Assembly (NCBI RefSeq): GCF_011386835.1
Contig: NC_088793.1
Span: 205,592,001-205,656,000, forward strand
Length of the DNA: 64,000 bases
From: Chrysemys picta bellii
Taxonomy: Eukaryota
Direction of reading: 5' to 3'
Position 1 is the first letter of the stretch. Every line of letters starts with the position of its first letter. A program made the translations under genes and the position numbers. Positions 34,101 to 46,737 of the stretch are shown here, one piece after another. The notes beneath the pieces were generated by a model that did no database searches, was not told the origin of the DNA, and saw only the letters and a program-made list of their open reading frames with translations.

Positions 34101-37100
34101 CCAAAAAATAAGGCCACAGAGAGTCTGACTACAGTGTCAACCACCCTGCAATAGCTGCGTGTCAGTGACTCGGTATCTGTGTGTGTGTAATTTCATGGTG
34201 TCTCTTCCTTTTCAGGAATCTCCGGACAGTGGAAGGATCTCCATATTTTACAAACTACCTAGAAATCGTATTTGATCTGTACGTGCTGGTGACGACAGCC
34301 AACAGCCCTGATGTCATGTATGTACCCTGCTCTGCAGATGCCAGGCTATCTAGGTGCACCAATGTATCTCTGGGCAGCCGGGAAGTGCAGCATAGCGCGT
34401 AGAACTGGAGCAGCAGTCTAGGGCCCAATCCAGAGCTCGCTGCAGTAGAAGGAAAGACATGCCGAGTCTGTCACCATATTTGATGTAAAAGGATCTCTCT
34501 GTTTTCTGGGTCCTTAAATCACAGATGATATAATCATCTAGGAAATCAGGAAGTCTCAAACAGCACAGTACTTCTAAAAGCCTCCAGGCGCTGTGTGATC
34601 TGACTGGCTTGGATGGACTTGGGAGGTGGGAGCATTTAACCTTGTCCTGATGGTGAGTGGCTTGACTTGCCCCTCACCCTGTAACCCTTACCACAGTGGG
34701 GACTATCACCACCTCCAGGCAGCACCCAAACCGTGATGAGGGTTTTATGGATTTTTTAGCCTTTAATTCAGAGTTGCATTTACCAGTGAGAGTATCTCTC
34801 TTTCTTTCTTCCCTCCTGCGCACCAGGAGCTGCATTCATTGTATAATAGCCTTGGGACCAAGAGAGCTGGAGAGGACTGCAGCATGGGGTGTCGCTGCTT
34901 TCCACCCTAGGGCCAAATTCTACACTCCCCTTCCCACCCACCCTTATCCACCTCATTAACAGTTGCAAATGAGCGCCCATGGGAAGAATTTTGACTCCAA
35001 GAACATGCTGCTTGTGATTCTTACGGAGTGATTGACTCGTTGAATTTCAGACTGACCTGCTCTAACGCTGCTTTCAGTCTCATGCCTATAAGGTGCAATG
35101 TATCCTGAGGCAGCATTTTGGAAGCTGTCCCAAAGGTTTTATTGCTATATATGAATCCCTGCTTTCACTATAAAATGACTAAAGCCACTCTCTCCCCGTC
35201 TAGGATGCCGGCGTTTGACTTCAGTTGGTGGTATTCCCTGTTCTTCATAACCTATGTAGTAATCAACACCTACCTCTTCATGTCTGTCTTCCTGGCTGTT
35301 GTGTACAACAATTACAGGAAACATTTAAAGGTAAAGTGTGTGAGGAAGAGCATCTCCTGGACTGGGCATAGCAATAACACGACTCTACCCATCTCTGCAT
35401 GGAGTGTTCTGTTTTAACAACATCTGTTTCCTCTTCTGGTCCTCCAAGTCTCAAGTGTTTGTGAATCCAGTGCAGACTGCTTTTGTGGAGTGAGTCCGAC
35501 TCCCAGCACTAGGCCACCAAATCAGTGGGACAGCGATATATTTTTTTTTTTGTGTTAGACATCAAGTGGGGTTTTGGTTATCCAGTAACCCTTCTTACGG
35601 CACAGCTGTAAGGTGCTGGCATTATGGCAAATTTCCTGTTACAGCCTGGTAGTGGGGTTGTACTGCGACATTGTTCAGTGGTGGGGGCAGAGAGAGGGGA
35701 AGAGACCCACAGAGCGTCTGCAAGGAAAGGCTCCTCAAGGCAACGTTCTGCAGCCACCCACTCATCCTTTCCAGGGGACAGTACGATGAATCAGTTGCTG
35801 ATTCTGAGCCATCCTTTAGTGCCAATTAATGAGGTTTCCATATGTCACTTAAGGGTTCTACTAGCACCCAGAGACCCCATGGCATTAGGCTCAGTATAAA
35901 CATGGGCCCTGCCCTGAAGAGCTTGCAGTCAAAGAAGACCAGGTGGGGAGAAGAGGGAAGCTCCCTAGGCAGGGACTGTCTCCCCGTTCCATGCCTGTCT
36001 GCCCAGCACCTAGTACCACGGGGTCCTGGCCCATGCCTGGGGCGCCCGGCTGCTACTTCAATAAAAATAAGAAATACAGAATGCCTTAATACTGATAGTG
36101 CCACAACCACCACTTGTTTTGAATTCTCACAGTAAATGCCTGGTGTGTGTGCTCATCAGTAGATTGGGTGCAGTCATCTTTGCACGCTGTTCCGGCTAAA
36201 CATTAGGAAAACCTCCCTTCCAGAATGTCTCTACTTGGAAGACAGCTGCCATCCAGCAGCAACTCTCTACATAATGTGTATTTGCTCTGTAACATACCCT
36301 TAAAGCACTGGCAGGAGGACAAAGCAGAGGATGCAATATTCAATCAGCGCGGCGTAGAACTTCCCTCTTCCAGGAGCGCCCACCAAATTTGGGGGTAAAT
36401 GAGGACACTATAAGAAGGTCTAGTGCTTGCAATTAAAGGGCTAATGCTAAAAGTTCCACTGAACTTTCATAAACAGACTAACCTTCCTCTCTTCTACACA
36501 AGGTCTCCTGCCAAATGCACTAACAGGAGGCCACAAAAACCATCCCTGCATGCTGTCTGCTGGGCAGACTGCCTAGTGGAGGTAGGGCACAAAGTTGGCT
36601 GACTCTTCTGCCCAAATTCCTGGAGCTAGCTGTTGGCAGGATCATCTCCCATACCACAGAAATCAGATGGGTAGCTGCCACTTTCCAAGTCCTCACTTGT
36701 TAGTGTTGATGTGATATCTAAATTGATTCCCTCCTCTTCTCTTCTACTCCAACCTGAGGGCCTTCCAGTCCATAATAAAGCCCTTGTGACTCACCCCTCC
36801 ATGCTGTTAGTTACATACCAACACTCTTTTCCCCCCTCCTCTCCCCCAATTGCACACCATCCTCCAAGGCCTAGTATAAGCCATCTAGATTTTTAATTTG
36901 CTAAGAGGTGTCCCATGGGAGCAAACTGTTGCTATGGATCCTACGTTGATATGTTTGGGAAGTTTTTGATCGACTGAGCAGGGAATAGGGGCTAGTGACC
37001 ACTCTACAGCAGAGGACAGGGCAGGACTTTCCTGGTAGCCTGCTGCAACTGCTGCACAGCTGGCCAGATGAGTCACTCTAGACTATTAGTCATTCTCTGC

Positions 37101-38437
37101 TTCTCTGGCTGAAAGGAACATTGTCAGTTGGGAACTTTTGCTCTCGGTTCATTTCCTGTAGCGTCCTTCTTGGCAGTCTAGTATAGAAATGCCAGAACAA
37201 ATCGGGTGTTCATGAATATCCCAAAACTACATTAAGTTTAAAAATAAGTGGGAGATGGGAGGGAAATAAACCCACCCTCCTGGTATCTGAAATCCATTGT
37301 CTCCTCCAGAATGAGATCCGCAAACTTGCTTACATGAAGCGTCACAAGATGATAGAAGCCTTCAACATCCTAAAGGTCAAGGAGGGCACAGAGTTTGTTG
37401 TTCAAGAATCCCAGTGGAAGCAACTCGTCAAACTAGTGGCCCCAGATATCAGCACTTCCCATCGAGAGCTCCTGTTGAGAGTATCTGATGAGGAACAAAA
37501 AGGTTATGTAGGTGAGTAGCAGTAAACCAACACTTGTTTGGGAGGCGTTACTGAAGTAGGGGAGGACCTTTGGGCTTAAGCAGTGAGATCTGTATTTTCA
37601 ATGTACCATATGTAACCAACCTGAAGTGAATGCTGAAAATCTACCCATCCGGTCACTTGGCTTTGTGTGACTGACTCTCAACCAGGCATAGCCTGCTACC
37701 TCACTTATCTAAGCTTGTAGCACTCCGTTTCTTTTCACACATTCTTTCTATTTAATTGTAACACTTAGGCCACTTTGTTTCTGTGCACAGAGTGTCTTGG
37801 AGCCTTCATGACCTCAAATTTAAAACTCCTACGTGATAAATGTGTAGGAGAATCTCCAAAGATGTTTGGCATTAAAAAAAAAAAAATCGCTTTCCATACA
37901 GATGAGGAAATCTGGTTTTTGTTTGTTTGTTTTTGTTTTTTTTGCCATGGCTTTTAAGCTCAGGGATATAAGTTCTCCTGCTGCCAGGCATGAGCCAGCC
38001 TCTCAGTGAAGGGGGTTAAGAAAATAACCTGATGATTGGGGGGAGTTTTCCTGCTGTGGGGTTTCTCGTGCCTTCCTCTTGAGCATCTTGTTGTACCCAC
38101 TACTAGAGACAGGATTCTGGGAAAGGTGGAGCTCTCATCTGATGCAGTCTGGAAATTCCTTTGTAGGTTAAATGTGCTTTCAGATTTCCAACCTCTATCT
38201 AGGAACAAACTTACAGTGGGGACTACTAAAAAGCCAGCATTTATTTTTCAGCAAATTCCTGAGTTATTACCTGTTAAATAGAAAAATGTTATTTGCAACC
38301 ACTTATGTTAATGAATGGTGATTACTTAACTGTGGATGTGTGATTTGACCACTACGTGTTTGTTTGTCTAAAGACTGACCTTCTTGAGATGAGGTTTAAA
38401 ATTTGGCAAGTAAGGAGTGAAATGAGTCCTATAGATG

Positions 38438-38472
<35 letters not shown>

Positions 38473-41400
38473 CCTCTTCTCCTTCCCCCTCGGCAAGTCT
38501 CTTTACAACTTCATGCCACAGCTCCTTGCACAGGTTAAGAGGGCTCCTAGCTAGTATGAAGCTAGCATGGCTGAAGGAAGCTCCCTTTTTGCCCAGGTGG
38601 TCAAGTCCTGTGTATTGGAGTGTGCATGTGGACAGAGTGAAGTACTGCTTTTTCACATAAGGCCTGTATTTCTGCAAATATGAAATGCTGCCATTTATTA
38701 TGCCTGTAGGCTAATGGGCATCTTTCCTGTCCACTACAGACAAAAAATCTTTTGTGCGTCTGGCAGACCTTCTGAACATCCAGGTGATTGCAATGAGGAT
38801 ACAAACCCACCCCCTGGAGCACTGGATGCCCCATGTGTATAACTCAGCAGTGAGCCTATTCATACGCAGCATGGTTCAACACAAGTAAGTCTGTCTCTGC
38901 CCTCACAATGAGCATCTCATAATGATGCTGCAAACCAGCATTTCCCTCTGGACAAGTGTTCACCTGGATGGCAGGCTGGAAAATGCCAGCACTGCAAGGG
39001 GAACGCTACAGGTGGGATTTTTTCAGAAGTGCTCAGTCTTAGCATAACTCTGCTCCCACTTGAGTTAGTGGAGTTTGATCCTTAACTTGAGTAGGAGTTA
39101 AACCAATGCTGAATGCTACTGAAAATCCCCACTTTCACGCTCCAGTCCCTCTAACTCAGTCGTGCTAATAGCACTGAATGATATCACAAGTATTCTACAG
39201 CAGATCTGCTGTATGTTCTGGCTTGAAAATACAGTCTTGCTCAAAAGGAGTCTGAATTCAGGTATGAAAACCTATAATAACCCAGCAGTCTCTGTAATAA
39301 AGTGGTATTGCGCTTTGTTTCACCGACCCCCTATTAAATTAGAATCAAGAGCTAATTTAGGGCTCAGTCTGATGTTTAATGTTCTCCAATTCCTTTCTAC
39401 TCTTCTGGGCAGTCTCACATCTATTTATGAGCGCTGCTTGATTTGATGCAGACTGAACTTCCAACTTCACTGAAAGCTAGATCTTGTCAACAACTGAGTA
39501 TACACACTTGTAGTAACTGGCTTCTCAAATGTAAGGTTAAATTACATCAACTCTCCTAAATTCTCCATCGGGGAAAAGGCTGTTTAAACTGAAACGCTGG
39601 CTGATATATGGCAAAGCTGGTTTTGTAACTGGGAAATGGGGATGTGGATGGGAGGGTTCTGAGGCTTTCTTGGAGCATCCAGAACTGTATGTTGCCTTGT
39701 AACATCTCTGCCTCAGCATCAAAGAAATCTGCTGGTGCTAAATTCTATGACCGCTCCCTGCCACTCCCAGTTTAACTGGCCCCACAGATTCCTCAGGACT
39801 CTGTCAGGCTTAACTTTGCCTTGCAGGTTAGGCCTTGGTATGTATCAGTTCCCAACCTGGAGAAGTGTCTCCCTGCAACCTCCAGCCCCATCACTGGACA
39901 CTCTCAAACTAGCAAGTCCACTGTCTCTAAAGAGACAGCATACACACCAGCTTGCTTGATTTAACCAGGAATTCACACTTTGCTTAATATAACACCACTG
40001 ATTTGTGCTTGTGATACAACAAGAAGTTTATTAACCGACAACTGAAAGAAAGACTAACCATTTCTGTCCATTTAGTTTTGCTTACAAATAAGACAGACAT
40101 ATAACACTCTTCAAGTCACTCAAACTTAACCGGCTACAATCCTTAGCTTTCTTATCTTAGTCATCTAAAGCGCCCGTTCAGCAGCACCCACCCACATGGT
40201 AGGGGATCCACCTTTCATGGATACAACGAATGCCGGCCCCCTATGTGATGGATAATAGAAACATCTTTTTGCTTCTCCTTCTATTCACCAGAGTCAGGAT
40301 GAATCACTAGGGTGCAGACGCGAGTGTGTTCCCATGTTGATTTCAGAACCTCCTATTAATTTGTTCTTCCAGTTTTTATCTCTGATGCAAATGAACTGCC
40401 CATTGAACATGGTGATGTCCGAGACCGTTCCCATTAGAGATGGAGGTAACTGTCCTCCCTCTTGTCTGGAAGACAACCTGGTTTTCTGTTTATTTGATCA
40501 CAGACTTGAAAGCATAATATCGGCAAGCGTCCGTAATTCCTTTTTTAGTGTTAATATATGTATTTTGCAATGATATTAATGACTAGTGTGCCACTGGCTT
40601 TCATCTGATATCTTAAACAACGTTCAGAACTACACAACAGTGGGCCTCTCTGCCAGTTGACATTGAAGGGCTCTTAAGGTCACAGGGGAGTCTTCTGAGG
40701 GATTTTTTTTTTTTAACTTTCATAGGCAGGTGCAAACAAACTCCTTCTTTTTTCTCCCCCTTCTTGCAGGGGCTTTGTTTGGACTTATGATGTAATCATT
40801 CTAATAAACGCCGTATTCATTGCTTTGGATGAGGAAAACCCACTGATTTCCTATGCAGAGTGGGTTTTCCTTTCTTTATATATCCTCGAGATCCTCTTGA
40901 AAGTGTACACTTATGAACCCAGGGCATTCTTTGCAAAGACCCAGTTCTGGAACTGGTAAGTAGGGTGCTGAGTTGCGGTGGTTTGGGGTAGAGGGGATAT
41001 GGGAAGAATGTCTTGCAACTTCTCTTCGCAGCCAAAATGACTTTCCATTCAGCCTCTTACTAGAATTAGATTCTTCTTGTAAAAACAACCAGCGCTAGAC
41101 TGGTAAAGTTCATACTTGCATAACCAACATATAACGAAAGCTATTGCAAACATGAGATGGCAAGAGAAATGCTCTAACCTCAAACTGGAGTGCAGGATTA
41201 GAAAACTGGACTGGTTTCTTGGTACCAGAGTGGAGGCGGGAGGTGGCTTGTCTTTAAAAAGGAATGTATGTTTTAATTGGGTTTTCAACAATTGGGTTTG
41301 TGCTGCTTTTTTAATACTACTGCAGGAAGGTCTGGAAGTGGGGTGATAGCTCTTGTGTGTATTTGCCCTACAAATATTGGGAATGTTAAGCCCTGGCTGT

Positions 41401-44400
41401 CACTGACTTGCTGGCAGACCCATTGGAGCTTGTAGGTATAAGAGCTTTATCATACTTTTGTTTTATTTAAAAAAAAAAAAAAAAAAAAGTGGGGTGGGAC
41501 TTAAATACCTGTTAACAGAAACAACCGTTAGTTCCAACAGTCAATACAAGAATCCCCTCACCCTTCTCATTAGCTGGGTTCTTCTCCCACCGTGATACTG
41601 GAACCCTACTAGTTTTCCAGTTGTCCAGAGACTTGTAGCACAGACTGGGCCTGAATTTCTAATGTAAACAAACAAGTAAAGAACATTCTAGGTCTCTTAT
41701 CCACTGTAAAGAAGCAAAAACCAAAAAAGCGTAAGCCATTCTCCCCCCTTGCAGGTCCTTTGCAAACCATATGTCCAATGTAGAAACTTTGCTTAGTCCT
41801 GGATGGCTGTTTCAGTGCATGAAGAAACACAAGGGCTGCTGTGCTAGGCAGACTGTACAAACTCGGAATAAAATACAGTCCCTGCCCCAAAGAGGTCACA
41901 GTCCAGCCATTTAGGGCCCAAACCTGCAAACGCTCCAGTACATGAATAGTTCCTCTGGCTCGGTAGGAATCCTTGTGTGCTTAACTTTAAGCACATGTTT
42001 GAGTGTTTGCAGATTAAGGCCTTGCATTGTGTCCATCACTATTAGTATCTAAATGGCTGCACTGCACTTGGATGTGCAATAGAATTATCTGTGTAATAGA
42101 ATTCTTTCCATCAACACTAGGTTTGATACCTCCATCATTATCGCTGCTCTGATCGCTACGATTCTCAACGCTTCACTTAAATCAGGTACAAACAGCATTG
42201 CGCTTTAAACCTTCTTCTGTGGCATTAGCAGACTGTTAATTTCTCAGGCACTTGTAGCTTACGTGGTAGGGTTTTTGTTTAAGATTTATCTCCTAATATC
42301 ACTCTCGACTCATGGTTTCCATTGAAACTTATGAAGAATTCTGCATGTTTTGGGGAAGTATAAAAAGATTTAAATAACAATCCATGGAAGAATGAACTCA
42401 TAATCTGTACCCTTTGAGTAGGTAACATTGTTTAGATTACAACATAGTTTGTGTTTATTCCAGCTATGTATGTAATAGCGATGAAAGGTAGCCATTTAAA
42501 TTAAATACTACCTCTTATGTTGGAGGGGGGCAGAAGCAAACTCCTTTATTTTATTTTGTGTTTTGAAATACAAACCACCCATCCCTGTCAGAATCTGAAG
42601 TATCGTGTACCGGAATTGTGTACACCTCTTTGAGGATGATAGACATAGAACATCTTGTGATGCACAACCATCTCAGGGCTCTGTCTCATTCTGCTATTGT
42701 ACTGTGACTGATGGGGGACACTTTCTGTGCTTTGCCTAGTGATTTAATTAGCCTTTGTCTTAAGCAAACAGGGAAGTATTGGAGATCATGTATACTAAAA
42801 GTTGCTGGTGCTTCTTTCTTCCTCAGCAAGTCAATACAACAGCCAGCAAGTGCTGGATATTGTCTTCATACTGAGAGTCCTCCGGCTCATCAGGATTGTG
42901 GATAGCATTCAAAGGTAAAGAATGTAATGGGGCTGTAGCCCTCTACCACTGCATTGAGCTGATCTAGAGGCTGGCAGGGGACCAGGTTTCCCAGTCAGCT
43001 GAGAAGATCAAGTTCTTGGTGACACACGTAAGCAATACTGGTGTAGCATGGCTGTATCCATGCTGCCGTATGGCTTTACAAGGGCTGCACAGCTTTACAA
43101 AGGGGCTTCGATACCAGTGTAGTTATTCCCATCTGGGAATGAGACGAAATTGTACTAGAATAAGGCACCTTTATCCTGGCATAAACTGCGTCCTTGCTAA
43201 AGGATTTTACCACTATGTTGGTGACACATCATCCCCCAACCCAACGAAGTTTGTACCAATGGAACTCAAGTGTAGACCAGGCTTAAGGGCCCCTAGCAGC
43301 CCTCTTCTCAAACAGGAATAAGCCCCACCACTCACTCAGACACCTAAGCAAGAGCCCACTAGAGCAGACAAAGCACTGCCCCTGTGAAATGGGGAAGCCA
43401 CACAAGGCCGCCCAGCAGCGGGCAGGCAGACCGTGTTAAACACGATCAAGCCTACACCCCAGCCCCATTCTGCATTAATGTGGGACAGTGGCAGAGAAAT
43501 GGCACCAACAACCAGCAGAGGCAAATGGGCCAGTGATCTCTGAGATCTGCCACCACTTTTCTCTCTCACGCCCCTGCAAAACAAAATGGTGCCTCTTTAC
43601 ACAATGGAGTCCCCCAACTATCAGGAATTCCTGAAATATCTCTTTAAATAAACATCTAGGCATGGGGCTCTCATGAATTGTCTTGTTCTAGGTTCCGGGT
43701 CATCATGAATACGCTCATAAACATTGTGCCGACGATGCTGACCTTTGGTGGGCTGGCTCTGGTAAGCACCCTGGACACGAACTCTGAAGTGCAGCAGTTC
43801 CTGCTGTAGCATGACCTTGTTTTCCTTAGAATTCCACGATTTTATCTTCAAAAGGTGAACTATAAAGCTTCAGAGCGGTCACTCTCAGGCCAGAATCAAG
43901 GCTGTATGCGTGGACCTGAATATTTTCAGGATTATTTATGCATAAAGCTGTTTCGCAGGATCTGGTTCTCCCTAGCTGCCAGTTCAGGAGATTAATTGAT
44001 CTGCTTGATGCTGCTGTGCATTTCTCCCCCTCCCTCACTCACCCCCAAAAAATTGGATGATAAATTGGAAAAACCCACCTCCATCAACTAAGGTTCCAGT
44101 TCAAAATTCTTCTCCCTCTGTGCTTAGTTTATCTTTAAACCTTGTATGGCATCACTACTTCCTGGACTAAGTCTCTGTTAATCTTCTAGTACCAGCTGTC
44201 CTCAAAAAGTGTCTTGGGGAGAAGCCACAGTTGGCTCAAGTGACCCAGTATTTAGGTACAGAATCTGGGAAGTGCATTGGGGAATTTGATGATGGAATCC
44301 TAGATGCTTCTGTACTCTGCTGGGTAAAGCTGTCATGTGACGTTCCCATCTATGGGAATGGGTCTCTTTCTCCCTAGGTGGTATACTACATGTTTGCTAT

Positions 44401-46700
44401 CATTGGCATGGAACTATTCCAGGGGAAAATCCAGTTCTTTCCCAGGAATTCCACTGCCCATCATGCCCTGGAGTGCGGAAACCCTGCCTTAAAAGATTCT
44501 ATGTTTGCTCGAGCCAAATACTGCAAGAACAACTTCAATGACATCACATCTTCATTCGTTGTTCTGATGGAGCTGACTGTTGTCAATCAATGGCATGATA
44601 TCCTTTCTGTATCTATAACACAGGGTCCAATCCAGAGTCCACAGAAGTCAATGGAAAGACACCCCCACACCATTGACTTCAATGGGATCAAAATGGAGAC
44701 AGAAATGCGATCTTAATTCCCTTCAGTAAAGTTTTTAACTAGGAAGCGTCACCCAGGGAAGCTCAAATGTGTCTTGTCTTGTCTTCATCCTGACTGTCCC
44801 AAGCAGGGTGTTCTCAGCAGGGAGACGTTCCCTTTCTGCCCTAGTCCTTAACTTTATACTTCTTGCCAATGGGTTTGCCCTGGTCACTCATCAGGCTGCC
44901 AAGCTGTACTTCATTGCCTTCCACATTGTGGTGGTGATCATGATCATAAAGTAAGTTCAGCGACGTTTCCATCTGTTGGGGGTGGGGAAGCATGGGGCTT
45001 AGAGTCACAGCCGGCTGAAGGCCTGACTTAATGTGTTCATGGGGCTCTTTCTGCCTGGAGGGCTGGAGCTCTGCTGCGTGGTTGGGCTGAAACACTTGGG
45101 CTCCGGGTTACGGTGGTTTCCCTGCAAATGCCTCCTGCTGACGGATGCATGAAGAGGTACTGAGCCGGGGGACACCTTACGGATGAAAAGGGCGATTTCT
45201 CCTCCTCAGAAGATGGAACAGCCTAGGCAGGAAGGAACGAGGGATTCTATGTCCCCCGCGGAGGAAGGATTGGGGGTGCTTTAGAGAGGGGAGGGGCAGC
45301 AAGCCCTAAACGAGTCTCATGGACAACAGCGCTTAACTCTGTAAAGTGCTGCTTGGGGCTGGAATTTTAAAGAATAAGAATTAAACTGTGTCTAGCTGCA
45401 AATCTGACTGGGACTCTGCAGGTTCCTCCATCCCTGTTCAGTGCCGGGCCATGAAGACAGGTGGGGGGGTCTTCGGCAAATAGCAAAGGCTATCTATTGC
45501 TCTGGGGGCATTTCCATGGTATCTAGGCACTGACCCATTTGTACTGATGGGCCATGAATTCCACAGTCTGCTATGGCAGAAATCCATTAATAATGCAAGG
45601 GCTTACTCTGCAAAAACATTGGGCATGTTGCTGTTTGTATAATCCTGCCTTTTCTTAGCATGTCTTTCCCCTTTCTCTCCCCCCCCCCCCCCTTCAGTAT
45701 TCTCATAGCATTTATCCTAGAAGCTTTCTTTGTGGAGTACTCCCTGGAAAAGAGTGAAGTAGAAACTGCCATTGAGAGGAAAATTCAAGAGCTGGGAGTA
45801 GGAATCCAAGAGTAAGTAAACTACAGGGGAAACGTGGTACTTTGTGGGTGGGTCTCTCAACACATCCATTACTGAAGGGAAGTGTAATCAGATTGTCCTT
45901 CGTGATGTGCAGCTGAGGGATCTAGGTTTCCAGAGTCTCCTGGGTGAGTTCAGTTCCATTTCCTTGTGGTGATCAGATGCCTTGGACAAGAAACAGGTGT
46001 CTCTTCTGCATAGGCTCTTACCTACGCTCCACTTTCTCTCACATTCCCTCCTGGGCGCACACACATAGCTCACCTGCCTTTGGCAGAGAGGGGTGTTCAG
46101 GGAGCTACTTTAGTGAAATCAATAAAACTGCTCTAGTCACTGTATTCAGAGACGGTCCGATTTCCCTCATTAGACAGGCTGAGTGGCTGCAGTGGGCATC
46201 TGCACTCTGATTGAAAGGTGTGGTGGTAGTTCCTTTAAACCCTAGCCTAGAACGTGGCTTGGGCAGGGGAGTGTGAGCTCAGGGAGCTGACTTAGCCCCT
46301 AATGGGCCAACAGCTAAAATGAGACCCTCTCTGGACAGACATCTCTGCTCATTCCCAGTCGCAGGGTGGGAGGCAGACCGGCACCTGCCTCTTGCTGTAA
46401 GAGGCCGGCATTTCACTGACCCCGTTGGAAGACTGTCAATAGCAGCAGTTGGTTGTATGTTTAGAATGGGGAAAGGTTGCTTTCTCCTTCTCCCTTCTCT
46501 CCTGACGTTGGTATGGGAGTTCTGCTCCTGCATCGTAGGGTCTGCTCCATTGATTCTGAGCCATGCTCTGCTTTGCATGCAGAGGGGCCTTTGGGGGAGG
46601 GACTGCTGGGGCTCCAAGCCCCAATAGCAAAAGCCTGGGAGAGCCAGTCCAGTCCATGAACTTGTGGAGAGCACTGGAGTGCATTTCTAAGTGGCTTCAT

Positions 46701-46737
<37 letters not shown>

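Noticed and set aside
39790-40560. Possible reverse-oriented LTR remnant in TPC3 intron 10
   Set aside because: Termini and TSD could not be established by eye.
44598-44716. Read-through extension of TPC3 exon 15 in the ORF track
   Set aside because: This is intronic sequence of the AT-AC intron; it includes a common repeat-derived hairpin (44644-44654 / 44670-44680).
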